DNA from: Amoebophrya sp. A120
Lineage: Eukaryota; Protista; Dinoflagellata
DNA length: 64,000 nt
Assembly: GCA_905178155.1 (NCBI GenBank)
Contig: CAJINV010000005.1
Span: 3,292,833-3,356,832, forward strand
Direction: 5' to 3'
Part shown: positions 1 through 13,100 of the stretch, piece by piece
How the letters are laid out: each line of letters begins with the position of its first letter
Position numbering within the stretch: position 1 is the first letter of the stretch
Translations under genes and position numbers: made by a program
The notes under the pieces: generated by a model
Told to the model about the DNA's origin: nothing
Seen by the model: only the letters and a program-made list of their open reading frames with translations
The model's database searches: none

Positions 1-194
1 TGCAAGAATAGCAACAGGAAAAGGCCGGATCTTGCAACTCTTGCATTACAAATTCGGCACAGATTCCCTTTCCCATGCTCTTTAGCGCTTCCAAAATTTG
101 TCATGCGAGGCAGCTTCACTGTGTGGACGTTGGTGCTCATTTTGCATGACAAATCATGTAACAGTATGAGAATGTAACAGTTGAGAACGCCATA
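1..194. mobile_element. Introner, right part only (family of 23841)
   Basis: Ends TGTAACAGTTGAGAACGCCATA, like the right IR at 24063-24099. Contains TTGTCATGC/GCATGACAA motifs, and coding sequence resumes at 200. Confidence 0.75.
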
Positions 195-199
195 GCGCA

Positions 200-3100
200 C
201 TGCAGCTCCAAGCCACGGTGGACAGCCGCGTGAAGCTCACGCTCGCTTTGGGCTACTGCCTCCTCTACGCGCCGTCAAGGCGACGCTTGCTAGACCACGC
301 GGGCCCGTTCGCACTCATGCCGCTGGCGCGGGATCTGCAGAAATTCTCGGAGCATTTGGCCACCGTGAACCAGAACACCGCTTTGGAGCAGATGGCTGGT
401 ACTAAGAGTTTTAGAATTTACTGACATCTGCTCAACACATTGATTGTCGTGAAGATGGATAACTTTGAAGATCAAGAAGATGTACTAGTCGTGATTCGCA
501 TTCGGAATGAAAAAATAAGTACGGATCTTGTAGTATTCGTGAGTGGAATTTCTGTGAAAAGCGCCGTCACCTACTCCAATCAAAAACCTAAACCCCACTT
601 CTTTCAGGCACTACGGAGGTGCTTCTGTCCCTTCTCGAGACCATCCGGCGGTGTGCGGAGAGCATCGCCTGCCCCGACCTGGAGCAGCACCCTTCCCGAG
701 ACCCCTTCTTTGACGAACAGCACGACGGCAGCCGCTTGTCTTTCGTGATCACCGACCGGGAGGAATTGCTCGGGCTCTCCGACCTGCGTCACCAGCTGAT
801 CGAGGGTTGTCTGGACCTCATGTCCCAGCGAAAGAAACTCCAGGACCGCTTAACCCAATACCGCCAAACGGTCCTCACGCCGCAGACCCCGGCCCCGCAA
901 ATCCAGCTCCTCGGCGGAGTTACGAGTAACGGGCAAAAGTTGCCGAGGGAAACGGTGAGCGCGATCGCGAGTCTGCTGGCTTTGTCGACCGACGTCCCGC
1001 CGAATCTGTACGTCAAAAGCCTGCAGTCCGCGTTGGAGTGGCTGGTGGAAGGCACAAAGGAAGATGGTAGTATTGTTCCACCAGGTAGTAGTACAACCAC
1101 TTCTAGAGGTGGAACTGGAACTGTCACAAGTCCAAGCAGTGCAGCTGCGAAAGTAAAAAATGCGTCAAAAACTACGACGCCGAAAATGATGGAGGATGAA
1201 ATGACGGACGCAGTGTGGGAAAAAGTCACTACCGTCGGCGAGCTCGTCCGGGTTCTGACGCTGCAGGGCCAATCCTGGCTGTCTGTCCGTGCGATTTCCA
1301 AAGCGATCGTCGAGGCTTTGCTGCCGTTCGCAGAGCGACTGCTCTACCGCTGGGTGATGACGCATTTGCTGCGGGTGGTGTGCGAGAACAGCCCGATTTT
1401 GGATCCAATCGGGATTCCGGACGAAGACACCGCCGAGGACAAGGCGGAGCAGCTGCTCGGCCGAGCAGGCGACTCCACGCAGAGTGGCGGGTATGAGGCC
1501 GTGGCGGCGAACGCGGTTGATTTATTTCTTGGAGATGAAGATGACAGAGGGCGACGAGAAAGTCAGAATGATAATCTCCTCCAAGGAGAAAGCGAGGAGG
1601 AGGACGGCTTGGATCTAGGCGCGGGAGCGACGAGAACAACCGCAACGGTCGCTACTTCGTCCGTCGCAATGACTACAACCGGAGGTCATGCGGCGTCGAC
1701 GAATCTTCAGACGCGGAGCCGGGACGTGAGTCCGACTTTTTCTTCGGTACAAACACCCCAAACGCAAGCGAACAATTTCGGTACAGATTTCGCAGCCCTC
1801 GATGAGCCGGACCTTCTTGGTGAGCTTGCAACTACCGCCTCGCCGAATTCGAGACGGGACGTGCGCGACGCAATCAAAGACAGGTTCGCGGCCGTGGAAC
1901 ATCAAGCACAAGAACGAGGACCACGACCCACGAGTCGTACGCCCGATAATCATATGGGGACGAACAGTCCCGCGGGCTCCTCCGTGGACAGCTTCGAGCA
2001 GCAGAAACCGCACAGGAGTCCTGCGGAAAACTTTGGCGATTGGTGCGAGGTGTTGGCCATGATCTACCCGAGGCTGGGGGACAGCGACCCTTCCGTGCAG
2101 GAGGTCGCGAAAAATGCCTTTCAGCACCTGTTCCGACGGCATCCCGAGACCGCGGAGGTGATGGCCGCGGAAGAACAAAAGGCCGCCAGTGCAGGCTCCA
2201 GACCGCAGAGCCCCAGGGGGGTGGGGGCGGAGCCACGAGCGGGTTTTATCACTGGCGGTTTGAAGACATCAGCCTCAGCGGGAACAACAGCAGCTGTGCC
2301 TCCAACGGGCGGTGGGAGCCATCAAGCCGGTCGGGCTTCCGGTGGCCGACCTCCGTTGAGGCCGAAGTTGATTCCAGCTGTGGTTCCTGCGTCTGGTCTA
2401 TTTCCTCTCACCGGGTCATCAGCGGCGAGCAGTAGCACAGCAAAGGATCCGTACAAGAAAACCAAGCCATCTGGTGCCGCCACGACCCCAAGGCGAGGAG
2501 GCCGCAATGATGATCCCTCTCAACAACTCTATCATCCCCCCCAGCAGGAGGTGTTCTACTTGACAAGCCAGCCGCCAAGTCCGAAAATCTCGAGTCCCTG
2601 GCAGGAGGTCGCGCGGACGCTGGCGCGGTGTGGGATCCTGGCAACGCCACTACTGCAGCACCTGGTGTTGGGCATGCACGACGTGGATGACCGCGCGGCG
2701 GAGTCCAGCATGGACGGGTTGTTGACGCTTCTGAGCTTCGTCTTCGAAACTTCCGCGACCACGCGAGTGTCCAGGGTGCTGACGCAAAATGATTCAGAAG
2801 ACCAGAGTCGCAAGTTCAACGCGCAATCGGCGGATAAGCCTCTCATAAACAAGACAACTCCAGGTGTACACCGACCAGCAAGACTCTCGTCCACTCGCGC
2901 GGAACTTCTGATCCAAGCGTTACTGCAGCACGCGGACGGGATTTTGCACCGACCGACGGTGAGGAAGAAAGTGTTCGATGTGTTGCTCCTCCTGGCCTTG
3001 AACCACTTCCGGATTTTCGCCCGGTCCTTCGTGCAGAAGTGGTCTGACGTGCGACACGAACTGATTAAGGAGATCCTCACCAAGGACGCGACTTTGACGG

Positions 3101-6015
3101 ATATGCTCCTCCGCTACCTGGCCGCGCGGTTGCGGGGCGAGGGCGGAGACAGCGAGTCGAGCAGTCTGGTCCTGGGGCACTTAGCTTCCGTCCCGGATTC
3201 ACAAGTCGCGGCGCTCTGCGACCGACATTTCATCCAGCTGTATGCGAGTTGTCTGGTGCAGTTGTCAAATTTCACGGACGTAGTGCTAGCAACCACTGCG
3301 ACCACCGGGAAAATGGCCTACAGTAGTACAATTTCTACCGCGTCCTTTGGAGGCGCCGGGGGTTCTGGCGGTGGTGTCAGTAGCCCGACCGCGTCGACAC
3401 GGAGTTCATTGGTCCTCAACGGTAGACTGCCGTCGGAAGAGCAGGGCTTGCTTGCAAGTGCGACGAGGGAAATAAATGATGGTGGCTCGCCGTCTTCACC
3501 TGCGAGCAAAAACCAACCGCAGAATCCAGGAACGACCAGGAACAACAAAAAGCACCGAACCAGGAGTACGAGCGATAATTTCAGTTTCCAGGAGCCAATG
3601 CTTTTTTCCGGCTCTTCGCAGAACAGCGGACTGGACTTGATAACTCCCGGGGTCGAACAGTTGCACGAGGTGGCGCGGAAACAGAACGAGCTGCTCTGGG
3701 CGCTGCAGAAAGTTTTAGAGGCAAGTGGAAATCCGTCTATGGCGTTTGCGATGGAAAGGCACTTCGGGCTTGTCGACAGAGCTGGAGCGCAAGAACAGCA
3801 AAACAACTTTGGAGGTGGTGGTCCTGCTCAAACGAATAAAAAAACATCTTATTCGACTTCGACTTCGCAGGAGCTCCTGCTACCGGACGACATGGTTGTG
3901 GAATCGTTGGTGGCTTTGTTCACCCAGTTTCACCCGAAAAAGATCCTGCAAATGGCCGACTTTTTCCGGACGGGCGTGAACGCAGAATCTCTGCACCGGC
4001 AGGGAATTGCGTTGGGAATTCTGGCACAGATGATTGCGTGCATCGACGTGCAGCAAGGTTCAGATCATGAAACACGGCATCAACCGTCGAATTATAGTAC
4101 ACAAGAGCAAGAAGCGGTGGATGCCAAAAATTTTCATTCCGGCGAGGGGCAGCTGTTGCTGGACTGTATTCGCAATTTCGTTCCCTTCGCGAAAACCAGT
4201 TTGGAGGAGAGCAACCGGAAGAAGCTACAGCAACATCGCGAGGTTCTTCTAGACAACGCGTTCCTGCAGCGACGATCGGTCAGGGCGTTGTCCTATCTGT
4301 TCGTCGCACTAGCGAATCCGCACAACGTCGCGTTTTTCGCCCATTTAGACGCCGACTTGACCACCCGGACGCTCAAAATCGCGTTGGAAAAACAGGACCA
4401 GGATACCGACACGGTTGCCGAGGCAGTTGAAGCGCTATCGAAGTGCGTCCTGGCGGTGGGGAGTATGCATTGCAAATACATAGAAATCTTCTGGGTCTGG
4501 AAGGGGGCAAACTTGTCGTGATGCTCTCTGCCAGTCTTCACACAAAATAAATCTGGCGTGCATGAATAGAAAAAGCTGTGCTCACGACTTTTGGCCACGC
4601 TGCGAGCAGATCTCTCATGCAGAATAGGCATCGTCGTGAAGCTCTTGCAGAAGCAGAACCTGTGACGTTGCGCCTTGCATGCCAAACCTTCCGTGCCTTG
4701 CAAAACCGGCATCACAGACATCTGCAAGCTTCCAGACCCAGCAGACCTGTATAATTTGCATTGGATAGGAGAGTTTTCCAAGTTTGCGGCGGAACAAGAA
4801 TCGACACTGTTTCAGAGAAAAGAACATCACAATGGTGCGATGAATGGCAACGGGCATAGTGCTTTTCACGGCAGCTACATGGAAGATCACGCGAGCAACG
4901 CCCTGGACCTACTGGATCACGTGTTTGATGCAGGGAATTATATCACGAACGCAGCGACTGCTGCGGATCTCATCGACATCTTCGCGCCAGACCCACGGGC
5001 TGCCGGAACCAGCCCCTTGAAGAACGGAACTACAGGACCACGATCAGGAGGAAAAGAACTAGAGACTTCTCATCAACCTTATACCACAACCGCAGCGAAG
5101 TGGAAGAAGTTGCTGCTCGATCGCTGCTTCGAGCGGCTTGGCGGTTTGTTGGAGCGCCCCGACGCGAGAATACGGGCCCGCGCCATGGACCTGATGGGAA
5201 GTATGTCCTCCGGTTTGTTTCTGGAACAGGTGTCCGGGGGGACCTCGTCCAGCCCTTCTACGAGGAACAAAAACCAAAACGTCCGCGCAGATGAAGATGA
5301 TTATATCCTGTCTCCGAGCAAAGCCGCCAGGCTGAACACCCCTGGCGAGGCGCTGCTCCGGCGCAACAGCATTCGCTGCTGCATCCACATTGCGGACGAG
5401 AACGTCGGCACGCGGGGCGCCGCCACCGCTTGTCTCGAGAACCTCTGCCGCAAGTTCGCCGAAGGCGGAACCACGCCCGCTGCCCGCTCGGTCATGCGCG
5501 CGCCGGATTGCTTTGTGCAAATGGTTACAACTACGACTGGTGCATCAGACTACGTGGATGAAGTAGATGCACAGAATGCGCAACAAGCGGCGACAATCAC
5601 AATTATGGACGTCTCCGAGCTTGGCCGCGTGCTTCGAACGTATGTGTCGCCTTTGCTGGAAGCGGTTCTTCTCGCCGACCACGAAAGCAAAAAATCCCCG
5701 TCTGCCCAGGTGGACGCCCTGTTCAGTCCGACGAGGTCGCGAACCGTGCAGCAGACGTTGTGGCGGGAGCATTTGGAGGTTTGTGAACAGTACCTGTTGG
5801 AGGAGTACGCGGAGCAACTGCACGTTTCCGCGGGGTTCTGCGCGGTCTTCGTGCTTCGGGCCGCAAAGGTGGCCTTGCGGGGCAAAACGGAAGATCCGGT
5901 GACGGAGGCGGACTTTGAAAATCTGAGTCGAAAATTGCTGCATCTCCTGTCCACGGAAGAAACCGAGTTGCTCCCGGTATTGGCCGAACTGGCGAGATGC
6001 CAGGCGAGTGGGTGA
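200..6015 (+). CDS. Large HEAT-repeat protein, possibly maestro/MROH1-like (5' end lies outside the window)
   Basis: Exons 200-398, 608-4463 and 4773-6015. GT-AG intron 399-607 and introner 4464-4767(+5) both join in frame. HEAT-like segments include IYPRLGDSDPSVQEVAKNAFQHLF, LLERPDARIRARAMDLMG and IHIADENVGTRGAATACLENL. Family assignment is from recalled resemblance only. Confidence 0.6.
4464..4767. mobile_element. Introner, family A
   Basis: IRs contain CTGGGTCTGGAAG/CTTCCAGACCCAG. Flanks GGGAG/GGAGA are degenerate. Removing 309 nt is in frame; a 306-nt GT-AG alternative (4463-4768) is too. Confidence 0.85.
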
Positions 6016-7169
6016 TATCATCGGATGTGGATGAAGGAGGAGATATGATCTACCTGCGATGATGTAGTTCACCATCGGAAAGAATCTTTGTTGACAGTGT
6101 GTATAGTAAAGTCGTTTTTCTCCTCGAAATATCGAAGAAATAAAGCTACCTCTTGGCATGGTGATGTCGGTTCAAGAAAAGTTGAAAATGGATTTCCAAG
6201 AAAAAGTTGCGATAGCTCCACGGTATGAATTGTTGTGAGGGAAGGTGGGTAGGATTCAAGACTGTGACAGACTACGGTCCGGCTCGAAGTCGCCTGTTGC
6301 CATGTGTCATATTAAACACCTCGAAGGACGACGACAAAAAAACGTAGATGGCTCAATACAGTTGCCACTTATTACAAAAAAAACTAAAATGAAAATCATG
6401 AAGAAAAAGAACTGGATTGCTTTGTTTTTTGGGAGTGTTAGATGAAAAAGTGCGCTTCCTAGTTGTGTATCTACTTTATTTACTTGAGAGTGAGAGAAAC
6501 AGAAATTTGGAGCGTGGGAACATCAAAGAATCGTCACTGCATCGGCCGCGAGAGGATCAAAACTGCGCCCTGAAGATTGGGCACTCGTCGCATAATTTCT
6601 CAACTGTGGGCTCGAGAGAGAGTGAGTACAAAGGTTCGAAGCGCTATACGAGTAGAAGCGCAAAAAACGGTTGCGATGGCGTGGTGTGTCATCCTAGGAA
6701 TTCGAGCATATGTTTTCGACGTTTGTCTCCGGGAAGAGCGAGCATCAAAAGTGGCACGTTTTATGCCTCATAGGAAGAGGGGCAGCTGCTCTCTACAATG
6801 ATAATGAATTAGGACGTCACTTACCAGTTTCGTCTACATCTAGAAGAGCTTGCAATTCAGTGGGAAAAGTCACCCACAAGCAGATGCACAAAGTGAAGCA
6901 GTTCTATTTTCAAAAAAAGTTCGGCACCAATTATCGAAAATCGATGTCGCAGTCTTCTTGCAGCTGAAGCGTAGGGGCGCCTGGAAGCTCATCTTGCGCG
7001 ATTTTTGCAGATTGTCCTTCAGACCACCGTCGTACCAGGAGCTGTTGTTTATTCCGCTGCGACAAAGAAGTCGAGGGGGACAGCAACACAATAACAAAGA
7101 AAGCAGCACCTCCTTACAGCGAGCCATTTATTGGTAAACCTAGACCCACTGTCCAGCACGACCACAAGC

Positions 7170-10100
7170 ATGACCACGCTGGAACACCAGGAGAACCTGG
7201 TGAAAACCGCCGCTGCGGCGCGTCGCCGCGGTCTCCGCGACATCTCCAACACGATCGCGTCGGATATGGAATTCTCAGGCGTTTTTACATCCTCGTTTGC
7301 TGTTACATGATTTGTCATACGAAATTCCCATCAGCATCGAACTCGATCCACACGATGATCAAGCTACTTTGCATGTTGACAAATTCTTCAGGCACTACGA
7401 TGGCATTGAAATCCTTGTTGCCAAACCTGTAATTCAGAGCGCGGAAGCTTCGTCCCTCTTCCGCTTTCGCTTTTGCTCTTGTTGCGTCCTCATGAATTTG
7501 CGTTGTACCAGCCGGCACTGTCCTAAGAACGTTTGAGCACTCCATAGTGGATGCAAACTGCCATGCTGGAGCAGCTTTAGTAGCTGGGCCTACTACTACA
7601 AAGCAGACCTCCACCGGGAAAATAAATTGTGTAGTTCCAATCAGTACTAACTTGAAGACTACAACGAGTACGACAACCATCAACCCAGCTGGTTCCACGA
7701 CGACGGTGTATGTGCCGGAGGGAGCTGTTGTGCCGCTGACCAAGCCCTTGGTCGTTCCGGGACGAGGAGCAGCTGGTGATGCTAGTCCAGTAGTGCAACA
7801 ACAACACGGGTGGTCCTCGGTGGCGGAAAGCAATAATGGCGGTGCCGGTGATGTGGGTGTGAAGACAACTACTTCTGATGTGGAAAATTATCAATCGAGT
7901 AATTCCAACATGAACATGTTCTTGGAGAATCAAAATCCGGTCGTGCACGACAACTACGTTGGAGGTCAACAGTGTCAGAATCAAAATCACCATCTGCACG
8001 ACGGTGGGCACGGTCAGGATAACGGAGTTGTCCACGTTAAGAACCAATTGCAGGCCGTTCCTGCTCCAGTTCATCATTACCTTGAACCGCAAGAACAACC
8101 CTTTGTCGAACAGCGGACGCACGAAATAAACACCGCTTCCAAAGCAAACATCTTTGCAAAAAACCAGTCGGAGCAGATGAACGAGCTCTGTCCCGAAGCG
8201 AAGTTTTTACTGGAGAAAGTGACTGCGGTGGCGCTGCAAAGGGAGCAGCAAGAAGTCGTGGAGCAACTCTACTCGCTCGACGATGAATTGGACGGCGCGG
8301 TGGGGGTAGTTTCAACAGCGGCAGATGAAGCTGTAGCTGGGGCGAAAACTACAAACTCGAAAACGAATTTTGGAAACAACAACAGCAGCAGCAGCAACCA
8401 AAACCAAGAAGGAGATGAAAATCTTTCCGACATCGCCCCACCGAGTTCCGCCAATCCGTTCGAGGGCTCGGATTGCGAAACGCACCTGACCCACACCAGC
8501 AAAATCTACTCGGAAACCGCGTACAATGAGCTGCTGATGGATCCCTACCGCTCCGATTTCATTCTACCCCGGGACAACGAGCACGTGCAGCCGGTGGACC
8601 GGTCGAATCCCTGGCATAGCGGTGAGGTCGTCGCGGCCGCGCCGGAGCATCAAGGTGGAGCCCCGCCCCGGCCTCCTCCTGCCCTAGGTGGAACAAGACG
8701 AACTACGCAGAGGGTCGTGTTGGACAACAACTACGGAGAAATAAATCAAAATGATATTACCGGTGGTCAGGAGGTCCGCGGCCAGACCCAGATGAACAAC
8801 AACGACGAAGATCTTGGTAGAGCCATTGGTCTCCCCAGAACCTCCAGGGCCGAACTGGTCGCGACACAAAGAACAACATCAAGTACAGAGAACTTGTCTT
8901 CCTCCGCTGGACGAGGACAAGCTGCTGTCAACGACCGGCACGAGGACCCCGCCGGCCGGGGACCGAAGAAGTCGTTTCTTGGAATGTACAGTAAGGAGGC
9001 TTTGGAAGAGGAGGGGGTTTCGAACCCGCAGTTCTGGGAGCTCGACAACAGTGAAGAAGACGAAGTTGCGAATTTGATGGACGTCGTGCAGATTGAACAT
9101 CAGCAGAAGATCAACATTTTTACCAACGGTGGTTGCAGGGAAGACCAGGTCAACTTTCACTTTGACACGGAATTTACACCGTCCTTGATGGGAACTACAG
9201 TTGTCACGACCGACACAACCTCCGGCGCTGCTTTCGCGATGGTGCAGAATACAACTGCAGCTCACAACTACCAAAATAACTTGCAGCACCAAGTACTAGA
9301 GCAGGACTTCGTTTTTCACCGCGAAAACTTTCACCGGCTGGAACAAAACTTCGAGAACTTAACCCGGTTCCGGAACCGAAATCATGCAGCACCTCCTGAT
9401 GCCTCGTCGAATGCTGTGCGAGGACCCAATATGCACAACAGCAGCTCGTCTGCAACTGCAGCTTCTGGTTCTGCCAGCAGCAGTTCTAGTAGCAGCATGA
9501 TCCACCAGAATGCCACAGCGAGCTACGCGGCCGCCAACTCCTTTGTGGCACAGCAGATGCAGATGCAAATAATGCAGCAGCAGAATCAACCTCAAGGATT
9601 TGGATTTCACCAAATGAACCAAATTAATCAGCACGACCACCAAGGTCCTCGTGGCTACCCGCAAGGTGTGCCGACCGCTTCTGCCACCGCAAGAACGTTC
9701 GGGTACGGCGATTCGGCTCTTTCCAGCACAGCGCGAACGGAAAGAACGGAACAGCAGCGGCTACAACAACAGACTGCCGGATTTGATTTTCATGACTTGG
9801 GTGGAACAAACAGCAACGTATTGTCTGCAAGAAACGCGGTGCAGCAACGCAATAGCCGTGGCCCGTTGGACATTCGGGACCTCGCAAGCGTCACAGCCGA
9901 CCAGCTGCAGCAACTGGTGCAACAGCGCGGAACTACATTAAACAGTAGTGCTGCCCAACATCAAAATCAAAATCATGCACCTGCGAACACTTATGTTCAG
10001 GACCACAACGGCATCGTCCAGCATGTGGCCGGCAGTTCTTTCCACCTCCCGCAGTTACCCATCCCGCCGCACGAACAGCGGTCACGTGACCCGTTCCCTA

Positions 10101-13100
10101 CGAGCGAGCTCGCCTTCCGGGGTCAAATGGTGGAACGCTTGCCACCCGTGGACGTGCGACAGTTGGGGAACTGGGATCGAGTCGCCGGCGGAGGTGGGAC
10201 GACGGGCCATGGACCACTTGGAGCACGTAGTTCCTCTGGTGGTCCTCTGCAACAGGAACAGCAGCAAGATCTCCATCTTCAAAACACGACGATGCATTTC
10301 AACTTTTTCCCTCAAAGAGGAACTGCTTCTACAACAGGAGCTGCAAGTTCATCTTGTACGGAGCATCGCTGGAAGGAGATCCACTACGCGTGCGGGGTGA
10401 ATCTGGAGGTCGTGGATTCGGTGGAGATCAACGGCAGTGGAGCTAGTTGTGAGAACAGCAAGAGCAGTGACGGGGAAAATCAAGGGATGAAAAATGGCAT
10501 TGATCTCGACGAGCTTGCCAGTAGGAGCAGTGACGAGGAAAATAATGGTAATCTGCATCACGACCGAGAAGTACAAGACCACACTGGGCGTGTTGAAAAG
10601 CCGAACACGACGACCGCGAAAGGGAAGGACAAGTCGCAGGTCGTGAATGAAACTGTGGAACGGGAACTCCAGCCCATCACGCTGAAGCGCGAGCTCCGGA
10701 AGAAGCGAGTGGACGGCACCTGGGTCGAGACCAGCTGTATTCTGACACTGCATATCAAATGTAAAAGTGTCTGGGTCTGGAAGAATCATGCTGCTTTTGC
10801 ATGACACAGAAGGTCTGGCATGGAAGCTCTAGCGTCACAGGTTTCGAGAAGCGTTCGCAATGCCGAATCCGCATGACAAGTCCCTGACTTTGGTGACAGA
10901 AAGTGGGCAACTTTTGCTGCCTATGCATGAGAGATTTTTCTGTGTTCTGAAATGCGCATGACAAGTTCCAACCTTCCAGACCCAGACATTTTTACATTTG
11001 ATAGTGCAGCTGAAAAGTTTTCTAGATGGAATTTTCGAACATAAAGAAGAAGACGAGTTTTATCCTGACGGCACTAAAGCGGATGGCGACGACGTGGTCG
11101 ACGAGCAAAACAAAAAGCACTTCTTCTCGTTTGCTGGTCCTGCGCAAGGGGAAGATGAACTACATGCACAAGGTCCACGAGACGCAGACTTTTCCGCTTT
11201 TGCGTTCCCTGCTCGTTCGCAGAGCAAAAGCTCCTGCTCCGCGAGCGAAGAGGAGGATCGCCACGAAGGAGGGGACGTCGGTCGTGCAGGCACTGCTGCG
11301 GGCTCTGTTGGTAATAAAGGAGACCACGTCCTCGTCGAGAAAAACCACGTCGCAAGAAACGGAGTTGACTCGAGTACGAAAACAGGAACAAAGGTCGTGT
11401 CCTCGTCGTGTAAAAAACCGCGGCAACTCACGACCAAAACTCACTCTACGGTGACTGCCTTAACGGATGAACAAAAGGAACAGAAACAGCCAGAGTATGA
11501 TGAAGAGCCCTGCTTCTACGTGACCACGACCGAGCTTTTCCGGACGGTACTCCACCCCCACGAAACCCGGGAAGAGGAAGATGAGAACGCGATTAATTTC
11601 ATCCGGAACGAGCTGAGCAGCCCCCGGAACTTCCCGCACAAGACCTTTCGCGGGAAGAAGTGGAACTGCATCACGACGCGGCAGCAGAAGAACCGCGAGC
11701 AGGTGGTTCCGCTGGCCTGTGAGCAGCGGAAAAAGTGGCGACAGATGCGAAGACGGCTGAAGAGCGACCTACGGCCGGACCTGTACGGACACCGGGTCGT
11801 GCACGAGTACCGCGACGGCCGGATAGAGGTGGTGCACCAGCGGACGCGGCTGCTGCCGCTGCGGGGTTTGGAGGAGATCTTTTTGAGTGGAACAAATGGA
11901 GGTTGCTGTGATAAAAGTGAAAATCAATCCGGCAAGAAGAACCTCACCGGCAGCACGCTTGCGGAGCAGATTTTGAAAACGTCAAGCAATAAAGTCGATG
12001 TGAAAAAGTTGACATCCATTCTCCTCAAGCAGCTCCCCGACCCCTTCGAGTTGTTTCTGGAGCTCTGCTATGCACTGTAAAAGCTTCCTCGTAGTCGTAA
12101 GTAAAAATTAAAATTTTTGCAAATCTTGCATGAAAGGCCACAACCCTCTCGGGTTGTGGCCTTTCCTCGGAGGTGGGGTTGGGCTTGGGGCGCCAGGCGA
12201 ATGGACGGCTTCGCAGCTACGTTGTGATCGACAAACTGAGATCGACGATAATAGTTGCGTTGCTGGTTCTGTGCCAGTCGCGGGGCATGTTCGGGCGTTC
12301 CGGGCTGTGCTTTGTGCACCCCTCGGACCCCGCACTCCCCCGGGCTCGGTAGCGCAGTCTGTTAAGCATGACAAATGAAATTAAGCTCCCATCATGCAGA
12401 TGAGCCAGAGTCAGCATGACTTTCCTGTTCAAAAAATTTGTCATGCGCTTTATACTGCGTACGGGTACGGCAGAGCTTTTGCAATGTATATCTGCAAGGT
12501 GAACGGTCTGTCCACGCCGGAGAAAAAGCAGTTAGACGACCTGGACGCCTGCACGGCTGCGAATGCGGACTCCTTTCCCGCGGTCTTGCGGTACGAGAAC
12601 GCGGTCTTGATGCAGGAAAACGACTGTTTGTTGACCAACTCGCAAAAGAAGAAATTGAAACTAGCCGCCCCGGAGGCGTTGTGGCAAAATGCGGTGGGAG
12701 TGTTGGTGGGGCAAATGCAGGCGTGTTGCACTAGTAGTGCGAGTGCGGTGCGTACTGATCGTACTTCTTCTACGATGCGCGGAGGTTTGAAGCAGAAGCT
12801 ACAAGGCCCACCGGGCGGTGGACCAGCGGTGGAGGGCGTGCTGCAACAAGGAGCAGGGAGCGAGAGGAGCCACTCCTCGGTACAGTGTCCTCGTAGTTCT
12901 TTACGAGAACCCTCCGAAGTAGGACGCATCAATACGAAGACCAGTCCGCACTTCGGCCTCGCCCCCGAGAAGACTTGTGGTAATGAACAAAGTGGTCTTC
13001 ATGTTGGAGATAATTTGGCTTCTAGTGCTGGTGGTGGTACCGAGGCTGCAGCTTCGGGCTCAGCATCAGCTGCACACGATAGTACTACCGTGGTCTCACC

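Noticed and set aside
12343-12367. tRNA-like 5' half, GGCTCGGTAGCGCAGTCTGTTAAGC
   Set aside because: No anticodon arm, T-arm or acceptor 3' strand follows, so it is at most a remnant.
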